NCBI GenBank assembly: GCA_951406725.2 | Contig: OX597818.1 | Span: 23,436,001 to 23,500,000 of the forward strand | Direction of reading: 5' to 3' | Source: Octopus vulgaris | Taxonomy: Eukaryota | Length of the DNA stretch: 64,000 nucleotides | Shown here: positions 38,161-51,720 of the stretch, in pieces | Layout of the letters: every line of letters starts with the position of its first letter | Numbering within the stretch: the stretch's first letter is position 1 | The notes under the pieces: generated by a model | What the model was told of the DNA's origin: nothing | What the model saw: the letters and a program-made list of their open reading frames with translations, nothing else | Databases searched by the model: none | Translations under genes and position numbers: made by a program

Positions 38161-39104
38161 GTAGTTTGACAGGAGAGTTAGGAGGAAAGGAAGATAAATA
38201 AAGTATTGGTGGTCCCAAAACGAAGGTGCTCATGCATGTGTATGTGAGGGTATGTGGATAGGGGCTGGTGACTTTGACGTGTGGATGTGCGCGTGTGCAT
38301 GTGTGTGTGTCTGTAATGTGTGTGTGTGTGTGTGGATGATGGTGTGGGTGCTGGGAAGTGGTCAGTGTGTGGTGTGGTGTGATGTGGTGGTGTGTGGTAT
38401 GGTGTGGCATGATGTGGCATGATGTGGTGTGGTGTGGCAGTGTTGGGGTATGGAGATGTGAGGGTTGGGTGTGGGGATGTGAGGGTAGAGTGTGGGTTTG
38501 GGATGAGGGTGTGGGCGTAGGGGTGGGGTATGTTGGAGTGGGGTGTGTGGGGGTGGAGTGGGATGGTGCATTTGGGATGTGTAGGGGTGGGGTCTGGACG
38601 GAGGGATAACAATGAAAGGAGAAGATGGGTAGGAGAGATGAAAGGAAGTAGGTGTCAGGGCAAGAGAGGAGAGGAGAGGTGGGTAGGAGTGAAAAGAGGA
38701 AGTAGGTGTGAGATGAAGAGAGGAGAGAAGGGGTGCACTTATGATTGTTACAGAATTTACTGATGCTAGTGATAAAGATGTAGATGTAATTATGCATGCT
38801 AGGAAAACAGCTGTTCAATAGAACTTTGGCCTAGGTCAAACAAAATGATCCAGTAGGGCTCCTTTGACATGGTGTAGGGAGCATTCAACAGTGCAGATAT
38901 CTGCGACCTTATAGGATTATATATACTGGACACTTTAATGAAGAGGTTCCTGTCAGTCCTTTTTGTTATGTAGTGAACTGCAACCAAATTTCTAAACCGG
39001 GATTCAAAACCAAATCCATAATTTCCTACAAATTCTCCATCTATTGTTCTCACTTGTTGCACTAGTAAATTTATGAAAGTAAACTGATCTATTAACCATT
39101 TCAA

Positions 39105-41160
39105 GTTATTCAGGAAGAAGCACTATTGATGCTATCTTCCTAATAATGCAACTTCAGGAAAAGTATTTAACCTAAAATACAGCTGTACTTGGCATTTAGT
39201 GATATGGAGAAAGCCTTTCACAGAGTTCCTCGCTCCCTCATCTGGCAGTTGTTACAAGAGCTTGGAGTAGATGGCTGGCTGGTGAGAGCCATCCAGGCCA
39301 TGTTTGAGGATGTTGTTAGTAAGGTAAAAGTCAGCAATGAATTTAGTGTGCACGCAGGAGTTCATAAAGGCTCAGTTCTCAGCTCTTCTTCTTCATCATG
39401 GCCCTCAAGGCTATAATAAAGAAATTTAAAACTGGTTGCTCATTAGAGTTTCTCTTTGCTAATGACCTTGTTCTTATAATTAAATCTATAATAGAATTAG
39501 GAAAGAAATTTCAAGTGTGGAAACAATACCTGGAATCAAAGGCCTTAGAGTTACTTTAGTAAAGTACTAGTAAGCAGGAAAGCAGACAAACTACTAATCC
39601 CTTAGTGAAATGTCCCTGCTTGATATATAGAAAATGTAAGTGAAAATTTCATATGATGTACCCAGTGCAAGCTATTGACACAGAAGAGGTGCAGAGGAAT
39701 CATAGGAATGTTGCGTGTGGCAGATGTGCAGGAACAATAAACATTAAGAAATACACAAGAAATAAATTTCCTCCAATGCTCAAGAGGTAGAGTGTTCTTA
39801 GAGGTAGTTCATACTTTCTGTTAACTAGACAACCAAATTAGCAGTGGTGGAGGATGCTCTGAAAGTCTAGTTGCTAGAATTAGAACCAGCTGAGCAAAGT
39901 TCAGAGAGCTATTGCCATTGTAGGTTACAAAAAAGTCTCTCCCTCATAGTGAAAGACAGATTGCATGATGCTTGGGAAGAAACAGCTCTGCTACATGATA
40001 GTGAAATGTGGACTAAGAAATGAAGCTAGCATTCTGTGCTGGATGTGCAATGTCAGTGTGCATGTATGCGAAAGGGTAAATGTGTTGAGAGAAAAATGGG
40101 GTATAAGAGGCATTAGATGTAGTGTTCAAGGGAGAAGACTGTGCTGGTATGGTCATGTGAAGTGTATGGATGAAGATAGCTGCATAAAGTATTCCCGATT
40201 TCTAAATGTGAAGGAAGAATAGGACAACCTAAGAAGATATGGGGCAAAGTGGTGACAAATAATCTTCAGATGTTAACACAGAGGAGATGACAAAGGACTG
40301 AGATGATTAGCATTTTCTGTGCTTGAGAAGACCCATTCAGCTAGTAAAATTGAGGCCATAAAGGGGCATGGCACTTATGTCCATGCCTCTGTACATAGTC
40401 TGTCTCTGACAAACCTCCCCACATGCCACTGCATACAAATCTGTCCCTGACAATCTTCTCCTTGACAACCCGTCTTCCCATCCACCATACCACCTGAGTT
40501 CACCACTTGCTGTCTTCCCCTCCCTTCTATCTCCTATTCTCTCTTCACACCCTTGCAAACCTACTTGCATACAATGTATCCCTGTTGAATCTTTTCCCCA
40601 CAACATTTCCCTCTGTTCATATCTTCTCACAACATTCCCTTCCCTCCACCTTCCACTCTCTTTTTGCAGTCTCCTGAACTTACTCACCCAATCCACTCTA
40701 TTCAATCCTTGGTTCCTCTTCACTTACATACACTTCCCTGTAACTTGAGTGCACCCATCCTGTCATATCTTCACCATCTGCTCTTCCTACTCCCCTCTTT
40801 CTCTCTCCTACTGAAGTAGCCATGGTCCCTTTTACTGTAAGACACACCTTTTCTGTCCCTGTATTTATACTCTAACCTTTCATCACCTGGTACAAAGCCA
40901 CCCCACTCAATACTTCTCCTCCACCGCATTTGAGGGGGGGGTCTTGTCTTGTAAATTACTTGGTGACCTCACTGCTGCTGGTGTCACATAAAAAGGCACC
41001 AAGTACACCCTGTAAAGTGATTAGTGTTAAGAAGGGCATCCGGCCGTAGAAACCATGCCAAAGCAGAGAGTAGTGCTTGGAACAGTGTCCTGACTTGCCA
41101 GAGTCTGTCAAACCGTTCAACCCATGCCAGCATGGAAAACGGACGTTAAATGATGATGAT
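39105..41160 (+). mobile_element. Degenerate RTE LINE (RT to 3' tail)
   Basis: STIDAIFLIMQLQEKY, AFSDMEKAFHRVPR, GVHKGSVLS, ILCWMCNVSVH, RRLCWYGHVK; tail GGAAAACGGACGTTAAATGATGATG. Confidence 0.85.
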
Positions 41161-41214
41161 ATGTGTGTATGTATTATATATATATATATATATATATGTA
41201 AATGTATATTTATG

Positions 41215-41438
41215 TAATACATACATACATACATGCACACACACACACACATACACACATGCATCCATCCATCCATACATACATACATGCACACACACAC
41301 ACACACACACACACACCATCCATACATACATACATACATACATACATACATACATACATACATACATACATACATACATACATACATACATACATACATA
41401 CATACATACATACATACATACATACATACATACATACA

Positions 41439-41467
<29 letters not shown>
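41215..41467. repeat. (CATA)n/(CA)n microsatellite
   Basis: Seen directly; more than 30 perfect CATA units ending about 280 bp before the ATG at 41748. Confidence 0.95.
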
Positions 41468-41469
<2 letters not shown>

Positions 41470-41599
41470 TAATGTTGTTAATGCAGTTATTGCGCTAAAG
41501 TAAATACTCATAACTCATTTAATATTGTTAACACAGAAATATTACATTTCTACATCTCATCCCTATTAAAAACATGTTTTTCCTTTTCCATTCCAGTCA

Positions 41600-43900
41600 A
41601 ACAATTATTCCTGGAGATTAAGACATGTAATAAATTACTGTAAACACTACTGGAAAATTTGTCGAAATCGCTTCACAGCGGACTATTTTTTTGTCATCTC
41701 CAAACTGCTTGGCGTAAGAACACTTGAGTAGTGATTCGCCTATCAACATGGCGAACATGTTTGCGTACAGGTGGTCTTGGCTACCTCTTAGCCTGTTATT
41801 TTATTTGGATTTATCCCTTTTTCTTACTGTCCAGGCGAAACGATTCGGTTCAGATTCTAAGACCATTCATCTGCCAGAAACAGGGTCAGATTTATACAAT
41901 GTTGATGATAGAACTCGTATATTGAAAGTGGACCCGAATTTCGACAAGAATCGAGCGATGTCGATGCTCTCACCAGACGAGACATTATTTAATAACGATA
42001 ATGTTGGTGATAATAAAATACGAAAGAAGCGTGAAGCATCGTCGCCTTTTCTTACTAACATGACTACAGAGGTAAGAATTTTTCACAGTTTCTCTTTATT
42101 GCTTCCTGTCGTTTGGCCGGTTAAAGCAACCAATTCCTTACCTCATGTTTGTATTCTTCAGCACCCTGACGTCAGGCTCATTATCTATGTCTTGTGTATC
42201 TATGTTTACTATAACTTGATACTGTCGATTTTTAGTCTTACTATTTTGCCTAGTTTCATAGTCTCTTTGTTGCCTTTTTATTTACTCTACCAGTGAGAAA
42301 TTATTGTCATAAATCTTATTCCTGCTGCCACTTCTTTTTGTTTGTTATCTTTGTGATTATTATTGCTGTAGTCAAGGCGTTCACCCAGATATTATCGAAG
42401 GCGACTGCCCAACAATGTAAATATTGTTTTTCCTTCCCACTATTATTGCTCAACACACGCAGAACGGTTTTAATCCATATGTAAATAATCCATCCTTAGT
42501 TCCTCCTTGCTCAACTAAAATCATTTTTTTTTTTATCAATTAATTAAATGACTAAGAAAAAAAATTGCTATATATGGTAAAATTATATTTATCTGGAAAA
42601 CCAACTCGCTACATTGTGTATCACTAAATATTTTCTTTCGATTTCTGGTGTGTACATGGACACACGCACACACATATCGAGAATAATGTATTCATTTATG
42701 CTGTCTTGATTACGATTGTCTAATATCTGATATTTTTGTGTGTTCTCTGTCTTACGTTGATAATAATATTACTTACATACGAGTGATTACTTTATGTTCT
42801 AAATTTTTTGAGTAATTTTATTCATTATATTAAGGTGGTCCGCACGGTGTGCACCACTTTCTTGTTTTATATATTTCTGACTGGTTATGTAAGTAAATGC
42901 ATCTTTGGTCGAGTGAGGTGGACCCTGAAATTCCGAGGAAGGGCATAGCAAAAATTTAGTAGAATCATATGTTATACCAATTTAAACTTTAATTGTACTG
43001 TTTAATTATAATTAAAAATTGTTTCATCCCAGTTCGACTGGTTTGATGGAACATGGCAAAAGTGTTAGAAGAACCTAAATTATTTACCTATAGAACTTCT
43101 CTGTTGTCAAGACAAAAGCATGTCAGACAACTACGACGGTTCCGCTGAAAGATGCTGATATACATAAAAGGCAAGGATGAAGACATTTCTTATAACAGGA
43201 GAAGTATACGTATTGATATATTCTTGTCGCAAAATGAAATTTGCGACTGGAGTAAAAACCATAGAACTCGACAGTAAACTACCAAAGATCCAGAAATTAG
43301 GCATGAAAGCCTCTGTACAGTTACATAAAGAAAGGAAAATAAAATTCATATTTAAATGCGTATTTCATTCAGACAAATAAAAACATCCCCCTCCTTCTGT
43401 CTCGTTGAGAAGGTTTATTGTGTATATCGTAAACAATCTAAAAATAACTACAATTCAGTGGACTTCCCAAGTCTTTTCACACTTTCTTTACCCGCTGTTT
43501 ATGACGCCGATTCAAAATTGTTTCGTTCACCAAACCTCCTCTCCGAATACGTCAAAAATAAGAAAATGAATGATGTCAAGTGGTAAGTCGAGCAGGACAA
43601 GTGGTCAGTTTAAATTCGTGACAGTTCGTGGTGAGAGCATCACATCATTGCTATCTATAGCAATTTGAATGAATTCCATTGACAGGAAAGAAGAAAAAAA
43701 ACCACCAAAAAGAGAGAGATTGTACGTTTGTACGAATTGTAGTTGGCTCCTCTACGCGACCAAATATCCTTCAGATCATATCCTATTGTTTTCAGGGAAG
43801 AAAAGAAGGGGGAAAAAAGCCCATCAGATAATGTAGTCTTAGATATACCAGGTCTCATAATAAAAAAGGGATGATATTGCTCGGACGACTTTGACCACAG
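41600..43900 (+). promoter_or_regulatory. CpG-retaining 5' region of the SORL1-like gene
   Basis: More CpGs than the flanks; YY1-like CAACATGGCG over the start codon; full CRE inside the 12-bp palindrome CCTGACGTCAGG at 42165-42176. Confidence 0.45.
41748..42071 (+). CDS. SORL1: First coding exon of a Vps10p-family receptor, probably sortilin-related receptor (108 codons)
   Basis: Strong Kozak CAACATGG; hydrophobic signal peptide ending VQA; furin site RKKR 13 aa before a phase-0 donor GAG|gtaaga. This matches the exon-1 architecture of SORL1 as I recall it. The exon is well supported; the gene name is an inference because no Vps10 domain exon is in the window. Confidence 0.6.
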
Positions 43901-44789
43901 TTCAGATGGTTCAAGGCTGACCTATGATTAAAAAAAAAAAGAACATCAAGTCTCTTATAGCAGTCTTTGAATGTAGTTCTTTCACTTTAATCTATCAAGA
44001 ACGAGTATCCAGGAGATAACGATCCTAATGAGCATCGATATGATTCAAAGCTAGATATATTCTGTCCGTCTGTCTATCTTGGGCAAGTGTCTTGCGCAAC
44101 AATCCCCAGGCCAACTAAGTGGATTTGGTTGGCAGAAACTGTGCAGAAGCCCAGTGTATGTATATCTTTGTATTTGTCCCTCACTGCTTGAAAACTGGCA
44201 GTGATTTTTGTATGTCTGTAATCTAGTGGTTCAACAAAAAGAGAGGTATGGAAATAAGCATCAAATTTCAAAATAAGCACTAGAATCGATTTGATTGACA
44301 AAACCTTTCAAGGCAGTGCCTCAGCATGACTACAGTTCAATGACTGAAGCTGGTATCATTTCAGCTCTAAGTAAACCCATGATCAGACACATTCCAACTA
44401 TGACCACCTCATCTTTGTGTATATCAGAGACTACATTGTCCAATGTTTCCTCCCTTTTTTTAAAATTTTATCTAAGATGGTTAAGTATGATTCGACTGCT
44501 CTGTCTATTAAGTTAAGCAACTGAATCTCTTCTCTCTCATTGGTTCAAATTTTTAATTTTGATATTCTACTTCAGCCATGCTAGGTCTTTGTCTTGAAGA
44601 GTTTAGTCAATCAAATCGTCCCCAGTATTTATTTTTGTTTTGCTGTCAAACTTTGATGTTAGGACCAAAAACAACTTGAATATACCTGGACATAATTGTT
44701 TACTGTTGTTGTTACAAATATCTTTATCATTGCAATTGTCTTCTCTCCTACTTTATTACCCCACTTCACTCCTTCAGCTTGCCTCTTGA

Positions 44790-45125
44790 TGTAGCTACGT
44801 GCTGTTTGAAGCCATCCTGCAACAGGATTGTGTCCCACCAGCTTCCCACTAGTCAAGAACAGCTCTTTCCTATTCATATCCTTGTGCAGGTCTGAGATAT
44901 CATTTCCTCTCCAAAACAATCCTATCCGCTTTATCTCTTTCGAACCTGACCCCCAGTACCATGCTTCCTTCTATAGCCTCCAGTGTTTTTGTTATCACTC
45001 TGAAATGTCTCAGATGACTCACACTTTTCTCTGCCAATTCCACACTTTCATCTACCAGGATGTCGTCAATATACAAACTAGTTGCCTGCTCCACCCTGGC
45101 CTCTTTTCCTCAAATTGTCCTTAGT
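44790..45125 (-). mobile_element. Gypsy RT fragment
   Basis: ATSLYIDDILVDE...GKLVGHNPVAGWL. Confidence 0.7.
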
Positions 45126-45965
45126 AATTTAAGTACACACAAGAATTACATCAGCTTTTCATTTCTTAATGTGACAAATTTCTTTGGCTTTCTGTGACTT
45201 GATCATTTAACACAGTTTCACTGCATCTGCTGAAAATCACTCACTGACAATATTTTATGAATCTCAGTCAGATGGGAAATTTCTTTCTCTGTGTGTTTTT
45301 TTTTTTATAAAAAACTTTGGACCTGTACTGCCGTTTGAGCTTTTGACACAAGGACCCAAAGCAGTCATTTCTGAATGTTTTTGACTTTGTAGTGCACTGA
45401 AGATTAAAAAAAAAATTGGCATACTTTGTATGTAAAGTTTAAAAAAGAAGCTAAGGTATAGAAAACTGTTGCTTACTTTATTTTATTAATCATATTTACG
45501 TATAAATAGAATTATAGATAACATTTTCAAAACACTCAAGCATTAGTATGGATTTTCTAAAGCTTTAAATTACATTTTTTTTAAATCCACAACATACCTG
45601 AATATCCTTTGTGGTGGATTGAGAACCACTGATCAATAATAGTCCTGTTTAGTTTGAATTTTGTTTCCTCTCTGTCTCTATCATATATTTATTTATTCAA
45701 TTCAATATCATTATTACTTCTGTTCTGGAAATACTTATTAATATTTTTTTTACCTTCTAAGGGTTATTTTTAAACATTTGGAAGTGTCTTTTGTTCATTA
45801 TTCATATATATATAAAAATTGTCTCACAAACTAAGTTTGAAATATCAAGGCAATCTAATGTTTGCCAGGCAGGTCATAGTGTTGTTCAAATCAAACCAGT
45901 ATTGAAACAGATACAAAATAGAATTGAGATTTTGTGATTGTACAAAGCATGTTTCTTTTGATATT

Positions 45966-46168
45966 TTAACCCTTTAGCATTCAGATTATTCTGTCAAATG
46001 TAATGCTTTTTCATTCACATTATCTCATAGCTTTGAAATTTTGATGATATGATTGTATATTTTTACAATAGCATTGAAAGGTAGGTATGATAAGCTGCAT
46101 CTGGATGGCTAGAACACAAAACAGCATATTTAAGCCGGATATGTCTGGTTTAAATGCTAACAGGTTAA
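45966..46168. mobile_element. piggyBac-type MITE, family B
   Basis: TTAA-CCCTTTAGCATT...AATGCTAACAGG-TTAA. Reverse-oriented relative at 57611-57827. Confidence 0.75.
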
Positions 46169-46172
46169 ACCA

Positions 46173-46401
46173 TTAACCCTTTCATTACCAACCCGGCCAA
46201 AACTGGCTCTGGCTCTGTAGTACAAATGTCTTGTTTTCATAAGTTTTGCATTAAAATATACCACCAAACCTTAGTCACAATTTATGTTCCTAACACTAGC
46301 TTAATGATAACTAAGTTATTTTACTAAACTCTTTGTTATATTTAAAATAATTGAAAGAGACACAGAGAATCTCAAAATAAATACAGTAACGAAAGGGTTA
46401 A
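46173..46401. mobile_element. piggyBac-type MITE, family A
   Basis: TTAA-CCCTTTCATTAC...GTAACGAAAGGG-TTAA; reverse complement of 12831-13042. Confidence 0.85.
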
Positions 46402-46527
46402 AATTACTACTGTGTTATAAGCTAACCTTACTCTCCACACAGTAGGGGTAAGGATAGCTCCTTAGAAGTTCCATTGTTGGCTCATAAACACTGAGACAGA
46501 GTTTTTTTGTAAGTCCATTGCAGAAAT

Positions 46528-46932
46528 GTGTGGTAAGTAGCTTGTTTACCAACCACATGGTTCCGGGTTCAGTCCCACTGCGTGGCACCTTGGGCAAGTG
46601 TTTTCTACTATAGCCTCGGCCCGACCAAAGTCTTGTGAGTGGATTTGGTAGATGGAAACTGAAAAGAAGCCCGTCATATATATGTATATATTTATATATA
46701 TATATATATATATATATGCGTGTGTGTGTCTGTGTTTGTCCTCCTAGCATTGCTTGAGAACCGATGCTGGTGTGTTTATGTCCCCGTTACTTAGCGGTTC
46801 GGCAAAAGAGACCGATAGAATAAGTACTGGGCTTACAAAAAGAATAAGTCCCGGGGTCGAGTTGCTCTATTAAAGGCGGTGCTCCAGCATGGCCGCAGTC
46901 AAATGACTGAAACAAGTAAAAGAGTAAAAGAG
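46528..46932 (+). mobile_element. Young tRNA-derived SINE (slightly 5'-truncated)
   Basis: Near-identical to 37467-37866. Confidence 0.85.
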
Positions 46933-48141
46933 ATACTTTTGTAAATAAATGAGTGTAGCTTAATCAGGAACTAAATAGATTAGTCACTAGAATTTATAAT
47001 GGTAGTTAATAATGGTTTGATCAGTATAAATTAGATTTGAAATAAATGTATTAGATATTTATGGTTGCTGTGCCATGAGAGGAAGTAGAGATAATGGTTT
47101 GATTGGCCATGTCTACTTTATCTCACAGGATACAAACTTGCACTCGTTTTATTTCTAACCAAGAGTTTAACTAAGGTAAATAGATGAGTAGTATGTCTTA
47201 CAGTCTTGTAACATTGCATTTTAACCCGTTACCTAAACAACATAGCTATCAAGTCCCTTGCCAGTTTAACACATTTGATATTAATATTACATAAGAATAG
47301 GTTACATTGTTTTCTTCAAGAAAATTTGACTTATATTACATCCTGTCAGACTCTCAAAAATATACTTTGGGGCTTTATAATTCTGAATTCAAATTCTGCT
47401 GGTTTAAGCTTTTGCTTTTCCTCTCTCCAGGGTTGATGAAATAGCTACTAGGAGTTTATAGTTAGGACAATTGATTATATTTCTCATCTCCCTGTAAAAA
47501 TGGCGTTTGTGTGTAGTCAAAAGAAACCGAGAGCAAAAATGGCCTAATCAATAGGATATAAGGCAACCAGCCAAGAGATTGGTAAATTGTTGTTGTATTA
47601 TAAAATTGTTTGGTTTTATATCTTTGCTTGAAAAATTTCAATACTAAATATTTCTTGGATGGGACTGAAATCCTTCAAGTTTCTAACTCCTCTGACTTGG
47701 GAATTCTTGTAAGTGACATTTGTGTTAAAGTTGCTTCTGAAGATTTTCATGCAATGTACTTGATTCTTAAAACTTTTCAGTCATGAGACTTTTTGAAAAT
47801 GTTTAAAACTTATACCTGTTCTCAAGTCGAGTATGTCTCAAAAGTCTGATGTTGGGTGAGTGTAAGAGCAATCTTCGGAGTGTAGTGTTTGCTGGTATGC
47901 AAGGTAGATTTTGAAGAGGAGAAAAGGATACATTTTGGAGAAGATATGTCAATTGCATACCATGTGGAGTTTGCTGCAAAGGCTTTCTCCATGGATTTAC
48001 TTTTCACAGAATCATCATTCATGTGAGGTGGAGAGAAAGTGAGTTCTGTAAAATTTAACTGTCCCCTTTCCAAAATGTTAAAAACAAATTGTTTCTATAT
48101 CTATGCATAAGAAATTGTATCAGGCTTTACAAGTTATAACA

Positions 48142-48303
48142 CCAAGGCCGGCTTAAGATATGGGCACACTGGGCAGTTACCCAGAGGCTCCTTGGGTGTA
48201 GGGGCCCAGTTCAAGCCTATGTATATTGTGGCTTGCTGTCTATAAATAAATACTACAGAACCCACTGCACTGATTTGCCCAGTGTAGCTATGGTGACTGG
48301 CTA
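48142..48303. mobile_element. Possible short hAT-type MITE
   Basis: Starts CAAGGCCGGCTTAAG; a diverged relative appears at about 58958-59124. Confidence 0.35.
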
Positions 48304-50653
48304 ACACCATACATTTCTAATGTTATATCTAATTCCTCTGTTATGGTTACTAGCTCTCATCTTGAAGAAATTTCTTCTTCTTCTTCTTCTCATCGTCATC
48401 ATCATGAGATGAGTCAAGCTAAGTAAAATCACTGTCTTCCACACATACAGGCTTGTTCTTTCGGGTTGCGGGTCCCACATAAAAAGTACTCATGCCGGTG
48501 CTGCATAAACACACCCATGCCAGTGGCAATGAAAAGCACCCAGCGCACTCTGTTAACTAGTTGGCATCAGGAAGGGCATCCATCTGTACAAGCTATGCCA
48601 CAACAGACAATTGGGGTCTGGACAGCTCCATGTCAGTGTTCAACCCATGCCAGCATAGAAAGTGGATGTTAAACGATGATGATGATTATTAATGCGACCT
48701 AGCAGAATCATTATTATGCCTGACAAAATAATTAATGGCATTTTTTTCTAGCTTTACATTCTAAGTCCAAATTCCACTGAGGTTGACTTTGCCTTTCATC
48801 CTTTCAGGGTCGATAAAATATGTACCTGTTGAACAAAAAGAAGCGGGGATCCAATGTAATCAGTTAGGCCTTTTCTCCAAAGTTTCAGGCTTTGTACCTA
48901 TAGTAGAAAAAAAAAAGAAAATATTAATGTTTTTTTACATTCTGAATTCTGCCAAGTTCAACTTTATGGGTTTGATGAAATCAAAATACTAGTTACATTA
49001 ATATAATTTTCTTCTCTCTCAAAAGTTGTGACCTTGTGCCATGTTAGAAATTGTTATTAATATTAGTATTAATGGCATTTCTCCAACTTAGATCTGGGTG
49101 ACTTTACCTGTCTGTCATTTCTTAAAGATTCTTTGTAAGCCAATTTTATCTTCTAGCAGCCTAATTATTTATGTCACTTAATCAACGCAACATTTAGCTT
49201 TTAATCTAAAGCAAGCAAACTTATCTTGATCAGACCTATTGTCAAAGTAGTACACACGTTATGTATTAAATGCTACCATTTTATATATGCTTAATTATGC
49301 ACATGCTTTTTTGGATTGCTGCGGACTTCTAAAACTATTAATAACTCTTGTATATGTGTTAATATCTCTTCTAATGGGATTAATTAGTCTTAATCACTAT
49401 TTGTATTTGTTTATTTGTACTTATAGCTGTATTTGTTTTGATTTTTTTCTTTAAAAGAAAATAGTATGTGGAAGTAACTATGGATTTTGTATTTCTGTTT
49501 TGTTATATATCGTACTTATTGTGGTTAATTGTTATGTCAGCTTGAAACTGATACAGGAATGTCTTTCTCTCTGTATGTAGGGAGTGAATTCCTTTCATGT
49601 ACAGAAGGAAAATTGAAATATATTTATATCATCAAACAACATATTATGCATATTATGTGTGTGATTGACAAAAGTAAAAATTTTATTAACATAAGCCATT
49701 CTTGGTGGTCAGTAGCCTCCTCATAGTAAAGATTCTTACACTGCTTAGGAAAGAAAAATATAATGTAGGAAAGTCTGGAACTTTAGAATGATTGTATGAC
49801 AGGCCCACCATTATTCTTTGACATATATTCATACAGTTTTCAACTGTAAAAGAATGGTATTTGCAAGAAAAGTCATATTGTTCATTAGTCAGATCTTTTC
49901 AATGACTGGGGTTGTATTCTAGCAAATTGGGATATCGGATATGTTGATCTGATTTCTAGATATTCCTGCTACACGAGTATCACCAATTCTCAGATGTTAG
50001 AGTTCTGCATTCTTTCCTGCTGTTGTAAACTTGCTTTGTTACAAGAATTGTGTTGCACAAACATTAGTAGATTGAACTTAGCTTTTATGTTACGATTACT
50101 ACTCCTGGAATAGAGTTAGATCACATGCAGGCTTGAAAATATATAATATGCAATTACATACACAGTCATACAGAGCTGGTGCACCAGCTTGCTGTTTGCT
50201 TGTAGTTGTGTTTAAATTCAAGTTGACAGTTATCAATCTTGTGTTTATTCAAAAACAAAAAAAACCCAGCCACTAAATAATATTAACAGCTGAAGTACTA
50301 TTTTTTTTTATTTGTTTGTTTTTATCAGGAATATAGGAATGCAAAACTATTTTTGCTGCTGATATTAACTACTGCTGTTGATAATTCTTGAATATGTCAA
50401 ATATTCACCAGCTTTTTTTCTTATTAGTTTTAGTAAACCAAATTTTTCATTTTTAGATGAAGCCATTTTACTTCTCATGACACACTTTGCCCCCCCCCCC
50501 CCCTGAATCTCAGGTGTCTCTCAATGTAGAAACTTAACTTTGTTTCTTACATATTGAGCAATGTTATTTGCTAATGTGTGTGTATGTGTGGTACAGAAGT
50601 CAAAGAGTCAATCAAATTTCTTATATGCTCTACTGACCACTAATAATATACAT

Positions 50654-51720
50654 ATAGGATGTTCAGGCTAAATTTGACAGTTTACATAAAAGGAAAAGAA
50701 AACACACTATCCCATCCAAAACGTCCTTTAAAATAATCAGAAAATATCAACTTGATTATGACTGAGAGATAACAAAGTAGCTGCTCTCAGTTTGCACCAT
50801 GGTCTTGAGATGGCTCCAGAATTTGGTGCATTCATTCCTCAGTGTCCTTGGGAAGATCTTCAAACACTTCTTTGGTTTTATCTTTGGTGTTGCTGAGAGA
50901 GCAGTTGGTGTCTTTCTCAACTGTATCTGATATGTCATTGAGTGAATCAGGAGGCCAGAAATTGGGGTTGGTTAAGTTTTGGAAATTCTCTGACAACCAC
51001 TTCTGACTCTTTCTGGAGATATGGCAAGAAGCTGAATCTTGAAGGTAGAACATATATGGCCTTCCAGCAGCAACCCTCTCCATCCAGAGTTTGACCACAG
51101 TCTCCATCAGCTTCACATAGCCATCTGAATTGAGCCTAAGGCCCTGTTCAAAGATGTGGGGCAACATGATGTCACCTTCTCTGGAGACACATCCAAAGAC
51201 CATCACAGTTTGGGGGACCTTGGTTTTCATGATACATGGGACATCACATGGATTGTAAGCAAACCACCTGTTGTTCAGGGTATTGTGCAACTGCTCCTGG
51301 CAGAAGTTCTTTTCACCTTTGTTCAAAGCCTCCCTGGACCTCAAGTGGCCTGAACTCTTTACATGAACACCACCCTGTACTTAACTCCATGTCCCCCTAC
51401 ATGGCTTTGCTATTTGCTTTTGAGCCAAATTAACTAACTAACTAACTAACCTAAGAACCAAATCATCCTCAGCTCAAGAGGATGCCTCAACTTGTTCAGG
51501 ATCTTCTTTGCTTTTGTCACATGGTTGTCCTTGGCCTTGCTTATCAGAATTTATCCTTTTCACCTCTTGTATGAGTTGTTGTTAAGATCCTCATTCATAG
51601 TCTCTGTTGTAGCTGTTGTCCATCAAAGAGCATTGAGCAGTAGTCATCATGTTGGCATTTTGATACCTGGCATGAATCATCATATTCAATATTCAATATT
51701 CTCCAATATTCAGATGGCTT
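50654..51720 (-). mobile_element. Tc1/mariner-superfamily (maT/DD37D-like) transposase remnant
   Basis: TVMVFGCVSREGDIMLPHIF...LQDSASCH...QKWLSEN...FWPPDS. One TIR-like end, TATAGGATGTTCAGGCTAAATTTGAC. Confidence 0.8.

Noticed and set aside
38138-39104. 226-aa His/Pro/Thr-rich ORF and 101-aa ORF as a gene or Penelope ORF
   Set aside because: The first is low-complexity GT repeat; the second shows no RT or GIY-YIG motif I can recognise
42072-42296. Hydrophobic C-terminal transmembrane segments in ORF 41724-42296
   Set aside because: T-rich intron sequence after a consensus GAG|GTAAGA donor
43226-43247. Hairpin GTCGCAAA-ATGAAA-TTTGCGAC (and GGTGGT...ACCAC near 42834)
   Set aside because: Short isolated stems expected by chance; no supporting context
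45290-45631. hAT-Charlie element ending TTGAGAACCACTG
   Set aside because: Only one TIR-like end found; no partner end or TSD
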